The notes: generated by a model not told the origin, from the letters alone. Positions 21,458-33,100 are shown, numbered from the stretch's first letter. The stretch is DNA of 64,000 bases from Myxococcota bacterium (GCA_965140415.1 OZ223209.1:3712001-3776000), one strand, 5' to 3'. Numbers and translations: made by a program.

Positions 21458-21530
21458 CCCTTCCTTGATGGTGGGCCTTGTGGATTCTTGTCTTTCCGTT
21501 AGGCTCCCCGGCTTGGGGATTGTATCTATA

Positions 21531-21578
21531 AAAAACGCAAAAACGGCGCTTCCATGATGAAAGCGCCGTTTGCATTTT
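21531..21578 (-). terminator. Terminator of the hdr-flx operon (likely bidirectional)
   Basis: AAACGGCGCTT-loop-AAGCGCCGTTT flanked by A and T tracts. Confidence 0.7.
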
Positions 21579-21596
21579 CAGATCAAGCTTGCTCGA

Positions 21597-22463
21597 TCAA
21601 TAGTCCGAAGGCAACTCGCCCAGTTCCGCCAACGAGAAGACGGGACCGTCTTTGCACACGAACTGATCGCCGACGTTGCAGCGTCCACACATTCCGATGC
21701 CGCATTTCATGCGATTTTCCAGCGACAGAATGATGCGCTCGTCCGGGAAACCGACTTTCTTCAACACCGGCTGCGTAAAGCGGATCATGGCAGGCGGACC
21801 GCAAACGATGGCGATGGCGTCATCGGCGCTGGTGATTTTCTGTTCCACGATGGTTGGAACGAAACCACTGTTGCAACGCCAACCTGGCTGTTCCTCGTTT
21901 TCGTGGAAGGAATCGACCGTGATGTGCATTTCGATATCGTCGCTCTTGGTCCAATTGATGATCTCGTCGCGATAAATCAGGTGGCCCAGGCTGCGCGCGC
22001 CGTACACGGCGATAATGCGCTTGAACTTGGCGCGGTTATCGGGATGCATCATGTAAACGATACTGGAGCGCAGCGTACTGAAAGCGCAACCGCCGCCCAC
22101 GATGACCACGTTCTTGCCTTCCATTTCCTTCCAGGGATAGTAGTTCCCCAGCGGACCGCGCAGGCCGATGATGTCGCCCTTGCTCATGTTGTGCAGGGTC
22201 GAGGTAACGCTGCCGACCTTTTGCACGGTGAAGTACAGAAAACCTTTTTCCGTGGGAGAACTGGCGATGCCGATCGGAATTTCGCCCTTACCGGGAATGG
22301 ACAGTTCCGCGAACTGACCGGGAATGAAGGAGAACTTCGCTTCATCTTCCGGGTTGAGGAATACGAGCTTGAAGGTACGCAGGCTGCGATCTTCGGTTTC
22401 CTCGATGACCTCTTCGATCCGCACCGGATACGGCAGATAGGCATTGATAGTATTCAATAACAT
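21597..22463 (-). CDS. flxA: FAD/NAD(P)-binding oxidoreductase subunit (FlxA / AsrB-like)
   Basis: PGQFAELS, RGPLGN, GGG, CGPPAMI, SLENRMKCGIGMCGRC...CKDGPVF. Confidence 0.85.
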   Translation of the reverse strand: MLLNTINAYLPYPVRIEEVIEETEDRSLRTFKLVFLNPEDEAKFSFIPGQFAELSIPGKGEIPIGIASSPTEKGFLYFTVQKVGSVTSTLHNMSKGDIIGLRGPLGNYYPWKEMEGKNVVIVGGGCAFSTLRSSIVYMMHPDNRAKFKRIIAVYGARSLGHLIYRDEIINWTKSDDIEMHITVDSFHENEEQPGWRCNSGFVPTIVEQKITSADDAIAIVCGPPAMIRFTQPVLKKVGFPDERIILSLENRMKCGIGMCGRCNVGDQFVCKDGPVFSLAELGELPSDY

Positions 22464-22474
22464 AGGACTGTCCC

Positions 22475-23515
22475 CTATTTCTTGTAAGAGTTCATCATCT
22501 GGGCGACCTGGCGGATATCGATGTTCACCGGGCACACGTCAACGCAACGACCGCAACCGACGCACAACACGCCGTTGTCGTTCTTGTCCAGATAGTACTT
22601 CAGTTTGTGCATGAAACGCTGACGGGTACGCTGGTACTTCTCACCGCGCGGGTTGTGACCCATGCCGTGCTTGGTGAACAGCGGGAACATGCAGCTATCC
22701 CAGTTGCGAATGCGGTCGCCTTCGCCTTTGCGGGTTTCGTCCTGAATGTCGAAACACCAACAGGTCGGGCAGGAATACGTACACGCACCACAATTCAAAC
22801 AACCCTCGAAAGAGGTCTTCCAGAATTCCGCCTCGAACAGATCCTTCTGCGGAATCTTGGCCAAATTGTCGATTTCCACTTTGCTGCGAACTTTGGCTTC
22901 CGCTTCGGCGGCCATCTTTTCCGCAGCCTGAGCTTGCTCGGCCTTGGCGTCAGTGCCGCCCAGTTTACCCAACACCGCCTCACCCTTTTCGGTAAGCGCG
23001 CGCGCGAAGTAGCCGTCGCCCAGATCCGTTACCAGCACATCCAGGCCCTTGGTGTCGTGAGGACCGCAATTGACCGATGTGCAGAAACAGGAAGCGCAGG
23101 GCTCGTTACAGGCCACACCTACAAAGGTGGTGGATTCGTAACGGCGGGTCCACCAGGGATCTTTGTATTCGGGCGTATCGAAGTTCACCTGCACCAGCTG
23201 AAAGGCCATCGCGTCGCAAGGACGTACGCCGATCAGGGTCTGCGGGCTGAAATCCTTCTCCGCTTCCTTCATGATCCCGTTCTGTTCGTCAGCCGGGTCC
23301 AGGCTGTACTCGAACATCCGCTCCGACTGCGGGAACACGGTGTTTTTGGGAGACAGACGGGTGCGGGTCGATACGAAATCGAGCGCCACGCCGTTTTCGA
23401 TCGGCTTATACAGCGCATAGCTCCCGTTTTTCACCGGCGCGATCACTCGCTCGGCCTTGGCCAGCGCGGTTACTGCCGCGGACCATTCTTCTTTCGTAAA
23501 GCTTTTCTCAGTCAT
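22475..23515 (-). CDS. flxB: 4Fe-4S dicluster protein (FlxB / AsrA-like)
   Basis: GVRPCD, CFC, CLNCGACTYSCPTCWCF, WDSC, HKLKY, CVGCGRCVDVCP. Confidence 0.85.
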   Translation of the reverse strand: MTEKSFTKEEWSAAVTALAKAERVIAPVKNGSYALYKPIENGVALDFVSTRTRLSPKNTVFPQSERMFEYSLDPADEQNGIMKEAEKDFSPQTLIGVRPCDAMAFQLVQVNFDTPEYKDPWWTRRYESTTFVGVACNEPCASCFCTSVNCGPHDTKGLDVLVTDLGDGYFARALTEKGEAVLGKLGGTDAKAEQAQAAEKMAAEAEAKVRSKVEIDNLAKIPQKDLFEAEFWKTSFEGCLNCGACTYSCPTCWCFDIQDETRKGEGDRIRNWDSCMFPLFTKHGMGHNPRGEKYQRTRQRFMHKLKYYLDKNDNGVLCVGCGRCVDVCPVNIDIRQVAQMMNSYKK

Positions 23516-23533
23516 GTATTTACCTCAATCCCG

Positions 23534-24484
23534 CTAGCGGATGAAATCGTTAAGATCCTGAACTCGGTAAGCATCGAGCAGCGCATCGTTTTCAACGGAC
23601 AATCCCGCCTCATGGTCGTAGAGCTGCTTGGCGTCTTTATTCAGTTTCTTGGTCAAGTAACGCACCGGGATATCCATCGGACACGCACGCTCGCAGGAGC
23701 CGCAGTCCGTACAACGACCGGCCATATGGAAGGCGCGCAGGAAATGGAACGTCATGGTGTCGGTCGGATCAATACTCTTTCCAATCCACTGCGGCTTGCT
23801 TTCGTCCACGAAACAGGTCGGGCAGTAGCATTCCGGGCAGGCATCGCGACAGGCATAGCAACGGATGCAAGCACTGAACGCATCTTCGAAGGAAGCCCAA
23901 CGCTGATCTTCAGGAAGATTTTCAACTTCTTCGACATCCGCATACAGCGTTTCCGCACCGGTTTCCTCTACGGCATCGCCCAGCATTTCGTCGTGAATCA
24001 CCGGGTTGCGATGCGCGCAGGTGGCGCAGTTATTCTGCAATACGTCGGCTTTGGCCAACGTCAGCGTTTCGCCGTTTAGCTGCACGGTCAGGTTATCGCC
24101 TTCTTCCGTTACTTCCAGCACTTCACGACCGGCTGCTTTTTCCTGGACTTTCTTCGGGTCCACCATGCCGGTGCAGGGCGCGCCCAGAATCACCAGGTCT
24201 TCGCGCTTCACTTGATTTTCGTGAATGTGCATCACGATATTGCGCGAGGAGCATCCCGTCGCCACGATACCGATTTTGCCTTTGCGACCACGAAGGTAAG
24301 TAACCAGGTTCATGGCGCAGTTACTGTCCCAGATCAAACTATCGGCCTGATCCGCCTGGGTAATCACCGTAGGAACGCTCGCCATCGGGCGGCTGCCTTT
24401 GGTGTAACCGATAAAGCAATCGACCTTTCCTTCTTCCAGCAGCCGTTTGGCGCTTTCTCTGATTTTATTCGTGTACTCGATCAT
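23534..24484 (-). CDS. flxC: 4Fe-4S protein (FlxC / FrhB-like)
   Basis: CIRCYACRDACPECYCPTC, RAFHMAGRCTDCGSCERACP. Confidence 0.82.
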   Translation of the reverse strand: MIEYTNKIRESAKRLLEEGKVDCFIGYTKGSRPMASVPTVITQADQADSLIWDSNCAMNLVTYLRGRKGKIGIVATGCSSRNIVMHIHENQVKREDLVILGAPCTGMVDPKKVQEKAAGREVLEVTEEGDNLTVQLNGETLTLAKADVLQNNCATCAHRNPVIHDEMLGDAVEETGAETLYADVEEVENLPEDQRWASFEDAFSACIRCYACRDACPECYCPTCFVDESKPQWIGKSIDPTDTMTFHFLRAFHMAGRCTDCGSCERACPMDIPVRYLTKKLNKDAKQLYDHEAGLSVENDALLDAYRVQDLNDFIR

Positions 24485-24927
24485 TACGCCACCTTCGCCT
24501 TCGTTTTGATGAGTTGGTGCGCCGGTCCGGCTTCACGAACGTTTTTAATCACATCCTGAGCCACTTCGGCGAACTTGGTGCCTTCCGCCGCGGAAATCCA
24601 CGAGAATTGCAGGCGACGCTCATCGATACCGATGTGTTTGAACATGTTACGCAGCAACGTAAACTTACGTCGGGCGTAGAAGTTGCCCTCGATGTAGTGG
24701 CAATCACCCGGATGACAACCGGAAATCCAGATGCCGTCCGCGCCACCGCGAAATGCGGAAAGAATCATCTTGGGGCTTACGCGTCCCGAACAGGGAACGC
24801 GAATGATTTTGAAATCGGGCGGATACTGCAAGCGGTTGACTCCGGCGAGGTCGGCTGCCCCGTAGGTGCACCAGTTGCACAAAAAGGTCACGATTTTCGG
24901 CTGCCAGGTTTCTTCATTATTTTCCAT
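24484..24927 (-). CDS. flxD: MvhD/FlxD 2Fe-2S subunit
   Basis: FLCNWCTYGAAD, RVPCSGR, GCHPGDCHY, WISAAEG. Confidence 0.9.
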   Translation of the reverse strand: MENNEETWQPKIVTFLCNWCTYGAADLAGVNRLQYPPDFKIIRVPCSGRVSPKMILSAFRGGADGIWISGCHPGDCHYIEGNFYARRKFTLLRNMFKHIGIDERRLQFSWISAAEGTKFAEVAQDVIKNVREAGPAHQLIKTKAKVA

Positions 24928-24956
24928 AGTAATACTCTCTTTTCACCGTGAGTTCG

Positions 24957-27900
24957 CTATATCGCTTCCATGATCTGAACCATCAACTGATCTTCCTCGA
25001 AGCCGCGCAGGTTGATTGCGCCGGAGCGACAGGAAGCGACGCACAGACCGCAACCCTTGCAGACCATCGGGTTGATTTCCGACTTGCCGGCATTGGGGCC
25101 TTCCTTGATCAAGGTCGGCGCATTGTAAGGACAGACATCCACGCAGACGCCGCAGGAACTGCAATCCGCCGGATTGACGTAGGCGATCTGACCGCTGATC
25201 CGAATGCGTTCGCGCGCAAGCAGTGTCGTGGCGCGGCTGGCCGCAGCCTGAGCCTGGGCGATGGCTTCGTCGATGGGCTTGGGATAATGCGCCATGCCGC
25301 ACAGGAACACGCCGTCGGTGGCGAAATCGCTGGGAGCCAGTTTGACGTGCGACTCCAAGAAGAAGCCGTCGCCGTTCATGGACACCTTGAACATCTGGGC
25401 CAATGCACTGTCTTTGTAAGGCACGATGGCGGTAGCCAGCACCAGCATGTCGGTGCTGATTTCCAACGGGCGGTGCAACACGTGGTCTTCCACGGTGACC
25501 GTCAACACGCCGTCTTTCTCTTCGACGACCGGCTTGTTGTCCACGCTGAAGCGAATGAAGATCACACCCAGTTCGCGGGCTTTCTGATACAAGCGTTCCC
25601 GCTCGCCGTAGGTGCGCACGTCCCGGTAAAGCACGTAGACTTTCAACTCCGGGTTCTTCTCCTTCAAACGAATGGCACTCTTGACCGTATGCGTACAGCA
25701 CACGCGCGAGCAGTAGGGACGCTCGGGTTCGCGGGAGCCGACGCACTGAATGAACACGGCGCTCTTCATCTCATCCAGAGCCGGATCTTCGTTCATGAAC
25801 TTCATATCCAGGTCTTGGTGAGTAATGACGGCGGCGTGCTTGCCATACATGTATTCGGTGGTTTCAAACGGCTTGGCGCCGGTAGCGATAATCGCCACAC
25901 CGTGCTTGATCTGCGCGGTGAGATCGCCCTTCTGCAAAGTGCTGGTGAAGTTACCGACGAAACCGTCCACTTCCTTCAAGGTCGTGCCGGTGTGAACGTC
26001 GATGTTGGCATCGCCTTCAACTTCCGCTATCAGGCTCTTCAGGTTGTCCTGAATGTTTTCACCCAACCAGGTCAGGAAAAGCTGACGGCTCTGGCCGCCC
26101 AACTCGGCTTCGCGCTCGATCAGATCGACATGGTAACCCTGGCGGGACAGACTGCGAGCCGCCGTCAATCCACTAAAGCCACCACCGATGACCATCACGT
26201 TCTGGTTGATTTCCAGTTCCGCCTCGGTCAACTGAGACAGGAAGGTAACCTTTGCAACCGCCATACGCACCAGATCCTTGGACTTCTGCGTGGCAGCCTC
26301 TGTATCGTCTTTATGTACCCAGCTGACGTGGTTACGAATGTTGGCGAATTCGAACAGGTACTTGTTCAGTCCCGCCGCCGCCATCGTTTCCTGGAACAAC
26401 GGTTCGTGGGTTTTCGGCGAACAAGCCGCAACGACAATGCGGTTGAGCTTGTATTCCTTAATTACAGAAGCGATGGCATCCTGCGTATCCTGCGAGCAGG
26501 TGTACAGGTTGTCGGTGGCATACTCGACGAACGGCAGGGTCGCCGCGTAATCCTTGACTGCCGGAACATCCACCACACCGCCGATGTTTTTACCGCAGTG
26601 GCAAACAAACACGCCAACGCGCGGGCGTTCGTTGCTCACATCGATTTCAGCAGTCGGCTCTTCTTTGGTGATCAGCGTTCCGCGAGCATCCGCGATATCC
26701 GCACCGGCACAGAGAGCGGCGGAACTGGCATCCACGACCGATTGCGGAATGTCTTTCGGTCCCTGGAATGCACCGCAAGCGTAGATACCATCGCGGGAGG
26801 TCGAGACCGGCGAGAAGCTGTCGGTTTTGCAGAAATTGCTCGGAGTCAGATCCAGACCGAACTTGTTGGACATCTCGACCATCTCAGGCGAGGTCTGCAA
26901 GCCGACGGACAACACGACCAGATCGTAGGTGTCGGTCGCCATCGTGCCGTCATCCTGCACGTAGGTCAACACCAGGTTGTCTTTGTCATCGGGAATGACC
27001 GAGTGAATACGGGTGCGAATGAAATTGATGCCGTGCTTTTCGCGCGCATCGTTGTAGCAGGCTTCAAAATCTTTACCGTGGGTACGCATATCCATATAGA
27101 ACAGCGTACAATCCACATCCGGACCGTGCTCCTTGGTAATGATCGCTTCCTTGATCGCGTACATGCAGCAGACCGACGAGCAGTGGGAACGCTCGGCGTT
27201 GTGAACGTCGCGCGAACCGACGCATTGCAGCCACGCGATTTTCTTGGGCTCTTCATGATCGGAAGGCCGTGCCACGTGTCCCTGGGTGGGACCGGAAGCG
27301 GAAAGCAGGCGCTCGAATTCGATGGAGGTGACCACGTTCGGATACTTGGAATATCCATATTGAATCAGGGCATCGGCCTTGAAGGTTTCAAAACCGGGGG
27401 CCATGATGATCGAACCGACGTTCAGCTTGACCGTCTTTTCGGTATCTTCGTAATTGATCGCGCCCTTGGGGCACACGCGAGCGCAGGTACCGCACTTGCC
27501 CTTGGTCAGCTTGATGCAGTGCTCGGCATCGATGACGTATTTCAATGGCACGGCCTGCGGATACAGAATGTGAATGGCTTTGCGCTTGCCCAGTCCGGCG
27601 TTATACGCATCATCCACCTTGGACGGACATTTCTGTACGCACATGCCACAGGCGATGCATTTGTCCATATCCACGTAACGCGGATGCTGCAAAATCTCGA
27701 CTGTGAAATTTCCTTTTTCGCCCTGGATATCTTTAATGTCCGCCAGGGTCAGGATTTCGATATTCTTGTGCCGACCCACTTCAACCAGTTTCGGCGACAT
27801 GATACACATCGAGCAGTCGTTGGTCGGGAAGGTCTTGTCCAGTTGCGCCATCACGCCACCGATCGAAGATGCCTTCTCCACCAGGTAAACCTTGTAACCG

Positions 27901-27983
27901 GAATTCGCCAGATCCAGCGATGCCTGGATACCCGCGATTCCTCCGCCGGCCACCATAACAGCGCCGATTGCCTTCTTCTCCAT
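24957..27983 (-). CDS. hdrA: Heterodisulfide reductase subunit A (large form)
   Basis: GGGIAG, LDKTFPTNDCSMC, two QCVGSR..CS.VCC motifs, GVFVCHCG, VAACSP..HE, ferredoxin motifs. Confidence 0.93.
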   Translation of the reverse strand: MEKKAIGAVMVAGGGIAGIQASLDLANSGYKVYLVEKASSIGGVMAQLDKTFPTNDCSMCIMSPKLVEVGRHKNIEILTLADIKDIQGEKGNFTVEILQHPRYVDMDKCIACGMCVQKCPSKVDDAYNAGLGKRKAIHILYPQAVPLKYVIDAEHCIKLTKGKCGTCARVCPKGAINYEDTEKTVKLNVGSIIMAPGFETFKADALIQYGYSKYPNVVTSIEFERLLSASGPTQGHVARPSDHEEPKKIAWLQCVGSRDVHNAERSHCSSVCCMYAIKEAIITKEHGPDVDCTLFYMDMRTHGKDFEACYNDAREKHGINFIRTRIHSVIPDDKDNLVLTYVQDDGTMATDTYDLVVLSVGLQTSPEMVEMSNKFGLDLTPSNFCKTDSFSPVSTSRDGIYACGAFQGPKDIPQSVVDASSAALCAGADIADARGTLITKEEPTAEIDVSNERPRVGVFVCHCGKNIGGVVDVPAVKDYAATLPFVEYATDNLYTCSQDTQDAIASVIKEYKLNRIVVAACSPKTHEPLFQETMAAAGLNKYLFEFANIRNHVSWVHKDDTEAATQKSKDLVRMAVAKVTFLSQLTEAELEINQNVMVIGGGFSGLTAARSLSRQGYHVDLIEREAELGGQSRQLFLTWLGENIQDNLKSLIAEVEGDANIDVHTGTTLKEVDGFVGNFTSTLQKGDLTAQIKHGVAIIATGAKPFETTEYMYGKHAAVITHQDLDMKFMNEDPALDEMKSAVFIQCVGSREPERPYCSRVCCTHTVKSAIRLKEKNPELKVYVLYRDVRTYGERERLYQKARELGVIFIRFSVDNKPVVEEKDGVLTVTVEDHVLHRPLEISTDMLVLATAIVPYKDSALAQMFKVSMNGDGFFLESHVKLAPSDFATDGVFLCGMAHYPKPIDEAIAQAQAAASRATTLLARERIRISGQIAYVNPADCSSCGVCVDVCPYNAPTLIKEGPNAGKSEINPMVCKGCGLCVASCRSGAINLRGFEEDQLMVQIMEAI

Positions 27984-28017
27984 ATTACCTCTCCTGTTCT
28001 ACAAACAGATGCAGCTT

Positions 28018-29313
28018 CTACAAACCAACGGTTTTCAGATCGCTTCCCAGATAAATGCGCTCTTCCGAGCTGAGCACGCCCAACGACAAGGCGAGAATCG
28101 TCCACAGATGGACGGTCTTGTAGTTGCCGTCGTAGTGATCCGCCAGTTCATGAATCTGCGAATGGCAGTTATGACACGGCGTGATGCAGTAATCCGCACC
28201 CGTGGCAACGATCTGATCGAATTTCACTTTTCCGTATTCGAAACGCTCTTTGGCGTAAGGGGTCTGAATGGAGCCACCGCCACCGCCGCAGCAGAAGTTG
28301 TTGACGCCGTTGGGTGCCATATCCACGAAGTTTTCTTCACCGACACAGGCCTTGATGACGTAACGCAGGCTTTCAGAGAAATACCAGCCCAGCGATTTAC
28401 GGCTGGCGTTACAGGGGTCCTGGCAGGTGAACTTGATACCCAGTTCCTTGTTCCATTCGGTAGAGGGTTTCAGCTTCCCTTCCTTGATCCATTCCGCATA
28501 CAGTTCAACGATGTGCTTGAACTTGAATTTATGCTCGATGTTGAACTTTCTCAATCCACCCCAGATCGCGTAGAAGGAGTGACCGCATTCGGTATTGATG
28601 TAATACTCGCAGCCGAGTTCGTTATCGATGTAGTTGACCTGCTCCCTGATGATGTGCTCCCAGTTCTCATCATCGGCCAGGAACATGCAGTAGTTTTCAC
28701 CGCCCCACATATGGCTCGGATACGTCCAGTCCGCATCCACCATGTGCAGGATCTTCCACAGCGGCATCATCTCTTCCGGTTCCAACACCGGTTCGCGGCT
28801 GTTCTGGTTCAGGCAGTATTTCGCGCCCTTTTTGTCGATGTTCGCCTGAAGTTCGGCGAAATTCGGCTCGGCCTCGTGCAGTTCGTCTCGAACATCCTCA
28901 ACGACGAACTCGAAGTCCTCTTTCGGGATACCCATCGCGCCGCCATTGGACTGAAGGTGCTTGTCGCAGGAACCCAGAATTCCTTTGGGGCGTTCTTCGC
29001 GCGGCACCAGGGTGCGAGCGAAATACACCAGACCGGGAATATCGACATCCATCGGGCAGGCCGAGACGCAACGCTGACACAGGGTACATACCCACAGCCA
29101 GTCGGAGTTCATGACCTCTTCGTCCATTCCAAGCAGAACCATCCGCAGGAACTTGCGAGGGTCCAAATCATCAGCCAGACCGCTGGCCGGGCAACCGCTG
29201 GTGCATGTCGCACATGTGTAGCAACGATCGAGATTTCCACCGTTGGGCAGGATCTCCATCGCCTTCATCTTCAACTTACTTGTTTTTTCCGTGACTCGAA
29301 CAGGATGTCCCAT
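28018..29313 (-). CDS. HdrC-HdrB/HdrD-like Fe-S protein (CCG domain)
   Basis: CYTCATCTSGCP, CTLCQRCVSACP, ECGH, QDPCN, CCGGGGG, PCHNC; SD AAGGAG before ATG 29313. Confidence 0.85.
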   Translation of the reverse strand: MGHPVRVTEKTSKLKMKAMEILPNGGNLDRCYTCATCTSGCPASGLADDLDPRKFLRMVLLGMDEEVMNSDWLWVCTLCQRCVSACPMDVDIPGLVYFARTLVPREERPKGILGSCDKHLQSNGGAMGIPKEDFEFVVEDVRDELHEAEPNFAELQANIDKKGAKYCLNQNSREPVLEPEEMMPLWKILHMVDADWTYPSHMWGGENYCMFLADDENWEHIIREQVNYIDNELGCEYYINTECGHSFYAIWGGLRKFNIEHKFKFKHIVELYAEWIKEGKLKPSTEWNKELGIKFTCQDPCNASRKSLGWYFSESLRYVIKACVGEENFVDMAPNGVNNFCCGGGGGSIQTPYAKERFEYGKVKFDQIVATGADYCITPCHNCHSQIHELADHYDGNYKTVHLWTILALSLGVLSSEERIYLGSDLKTVGL

Positions 29314-30153
29314 GAAGCACACTCCTTCGATTGAATTACCAACCTGAACCATCATTCACACTGAGTGAACACTCATTCACAAATTATAAAGACCTTAACA
29401 ACCCATCGCCATGATATGAATCATCGCAGCGGTAAAACAAAGAATCACATTTCAAATCGTGGAACTTTTCTCCAGCAACCGTATGTGGAGAAGCTCGGAA
29501 CGTCAGTTGACGTATGGAGACGGGCACCACTTCCGTACACATCTCCATTATGATGCATTGCAGCATGACGCATTTTTCATAATCGAGATGTGCTATCCAT
29601 ATACTACCATTAAAGAGGGAATAACAAGTGAGAAATTGATATGTTACTCATTTCCTGTAATTATAAATTTTTCTTATGTGTTTCATAGTAATACCAAGTA
29701 AAACGCCCTGCAACAACGCGCCGCAGCATGTTGTTTATGCAGTCTTTTCATGATCTTATATACTAATCATAATTTTTACTATTACTTTCATTCCTACCGC
29801 ATCAATTCCTGTCATTTCTTGTCGTCATTACCTAGTTTTCCCACTTCATTAGGATCTTTTTTTTACTTGGAGACAGTTGACCATGTGTCTCGAGATGACA
29901 ACTTCTCTGCTTTCGACAAACTCGAATTCTCCGGTATGACATGCAATGTGATGTCCGATGCTTTTGCATAAATCTGCTCCAAGCCCAAGTCTTCAAAACG
30001 AAATCAAAATAAATGGGAAAATCCTTCATTTCTCCATTACAATACTTTTGGGATGATTTTTCTTGAAGAATCGATCCAATTCTTGTTCACGTTTTCGGTT
30101 TTGCAGCATTTTTGCAGACCGATCCGATGAAGCCACGAAACGTGAAAATGTAA

Positions 30154-33100
30154 TTGCCATTTCCAACTTTGATGTTTGCATATTGTGGAGTCTCGAAAAT
30201 GCCACTTCCCGCTTCGCTTGATAACCCTTCAAATACCGATGAAACAATACTCCCCGTTGAAAATTCCGACTTCACCATCCTGGTAGTGGATGACCTCCCG
30301 GAGTTTCGACATTTTCTTTTCCGCTCACTCCAGAAAGAAGGATACCGCGTATTTGAAGCGGAAACGGTTTCAGATGCCCAAACCATCCTGGATGCCGAAA
30401 AAATCGATGTCGTTCTCTCCGATATCAACATGCCAGGAAAAGATGGTCTTGCGTTACTACGTGACATGAAAGTCACGCACCCCAAAGTTCCTCTCATTCT
30501 CATTACAGGAAAACCTTCGATTACCACTGCGATCGATGCGGTCCATCAGGGAGCATTCGATTATCTACAGAAACCCTGTCCCCGTGTCGTGATGAATGAA
30601 ACCGTAGCAAGAGCGATCCAGAAACGAGCGCTGTTTCTGTCCGAAAAGAAGCAACTCATCGAGGCTCAACAGGCCAAACGAAAATTCGAAGAGCAGTTTC
30701 ACCACGCAAAAAAAATGGAAGCGATCACCAAAATGGCTGGGGGAATCGCACACGATTTCAACAATCTGCTCACCGGAATCATGGGTAACGCCGATCTGGC
30801 CATGGACGAATTGGAAAAGAATCACCCTGTACGGGAATACATGAAAGATATCATGGATATCGCCGACCGTGCAGCGGATATGACCCGACAGATGCTGGCT
30901 TTCAGCAGAAAGCGTGTCAGCGAGCCCAAGGTACTCAATATAAATGCGCTTCTTGAAAATCTGCGCAAATTGATCGGACAAATGATCGGTTCCAGTATCG
31001 AATTGAATATGGAACTCAACCGGCACGTCGGAAACATCAAAGTCGATCCGGGCCAAATGGAACAAGCCATTATCAACCTGGTTATTCACGCGAAATCCGT
31101 CATGCCCGAAGGGGGGCAACTGTCCATCACGACTTCCGAGCAAGATCTGAAAGATGATGATTTCATCATGGATTCACCCGTCGTGGCAGGAAAATACGTG
31201 ACCGTAACGATACAGGACAACGCGCTCGCTATGAATAATGAAACCCGGAAGAACATTTTCGAACCGGTTTTCAATAACGAAACGCTGAATATGGCAAATG
31301 GACTGGGGCTGTCTATCGTTCATGGGATCGTCAAGCAGCATAACGGTGATATCGACGTGACATCCCAACCAGGAAAAGGTAATACCTTTACAATATACCT
31401 ACCAAGGACATTAGAAGCCATCGATCCTTTGGCAAAACAAAGCCGTCGTGACAAGTTCCAGAGAGGAACGGAAACCATTCTCTTTGTGGATGACAATGAG
31501 ACAGTACGCAATGCCGGTGTTCTGTTACTAAAACGGCTTGGGTATCGGGTTTTGGATGCAGAGGATGCCGAACAGGCACTAAGCCTGGCTGATAACTATC
31601 AACTCCCTATTCACTTGCTGTTTACCGACGTTATGATGCCAAAAATGAACGGCAAAGAACTCGCAGCCAAATTCACAGAAAAGCGCCCGGAATGCCGCGT
31701 TCTCTATACCTCTGGATATGTGGATGGAGACGTCATCCAGAAAGGAATTCTTTCTGAAGACGCACAGATTTTGAACAAGCCTTTCGATATATCCGACTTG
31801 TCCGTAAAAGTGCGAGCCATTCTCGATGAAACCGATTCAAATGAGTTCTCAGGTTTAAACAACGGCGTTAAAGCAAGCGGACTTCCAGTTTCAATAGTTG
31901 CGGATTCCGAATCTGGCGAGATACCGCAAATCACATTGGTAGATGTTGTCTTTGGTCTGAACAAAGCCATCGATCTGGTCAGTCCCACCTTGGTGGATCA
32001 TCACTCGAAGGTAGCCTATATTGCAGGTCGTATCGCCGAGCAAATGGGTCTTTCCGAACGCGATCAAATGGATCTCATCTTGGCAGGGGCGATTCACGAC
32101 ATTGGGGCCCTGGCCACAAAAGACTCCTTTCAGTCGCTGGCCTTTGAAACCGAAACCATTACGAACCATAGCGAAGCCGGTTATTTGTTACTAAAGGATT
32201 TTCCTTCGTTACACGATGTAGCCAGGATTGTTCGCTGCCATCATGTAAAATGGAACGGTGGGAAGAACTCGGACGAAGCAAGTTGCGAAAGCCCTGTGAA
32301 TTCGCACATCCTTCATTTGGCGGATCGAATTGCCGTTCAAATCAATGAGAAGGAAGACATCCTTCAACAGAAAACCAAGATTTGCGACAACATCCGCTTA
32401 AGAACGGGCGATATGTTCGTGCCATCCATCGTCGATGCCTTCTTATCTCTGGAGCAAGTGCAGTCGTTCTGGCTCGATATCGTGACCTCTCCCTGGTCGG
32501 TACTGGATCGACTCACTCCTTTGCGCACGGAATACCTCGACCTTGATTCGCTACTGGACCTCGGTTCCATGATGGCGAAACTGATCGACTTCAGAAGCCG
32601 TTTTACCGCCACACATTCCAGCGGTGTGGCCGAATCCGCCTTTCAATTGGCACAGCTTGCCGGATTTTCAAATGTCGAAATGAAACTGATCAAAATCGCA
32701 GGATTTTTCCACGACATCGGCAAGTTGTCCGTTCCCAACGAAATTCTGGAAAAACCGGGGCGCTTGGACGAATACGATCTGTATGTCATGCAGAAGCATC
32801 CATACTACACACACCTGATCTTGGAAGCCTTAAAGGGCATGCAGATTGTCAACAAGTGGGCTTCGCTGCATCATGAACGCCTGGATGGAGAAGGCTACCC
32901 GTTTCACATGCAGGCAAATGATTTGGCGATGGGTTCCCGCATCATGGCAGTCGCCGATGTGTTTACAGCCATCACCGAGGATCGTCCCTACAGAAAAGGC
33001 ATGAGCGACGAGAAAGCGATCGGCGTTTTAACGAGCATGAGTGAAAACAAGGCATTGGACACAAGCGTCGTCAACCTGCTCGTAGAAAACTGGGAAAACG

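Noticed and set aside
24948-28073. 1041-aa plus-strand ORF (also 28009-29334, 22607-24079, 21570-22460)
   Set aside because: Antisense shadows of the hdr-flx genes caused by GC-rich codon bias; no motifs.
21597-29313. Selenocysteine recoding in HdrA/MvhD
   Set aside because: The ORFs are uninterrupted, with Cys at the relevant motifs.
29355-29395. Rex-like site (GTGAA...TTCACAA) upstream of hdr
   Set aside because: Half-site spacing is 6 rather than the 4 of the Rex consensus.
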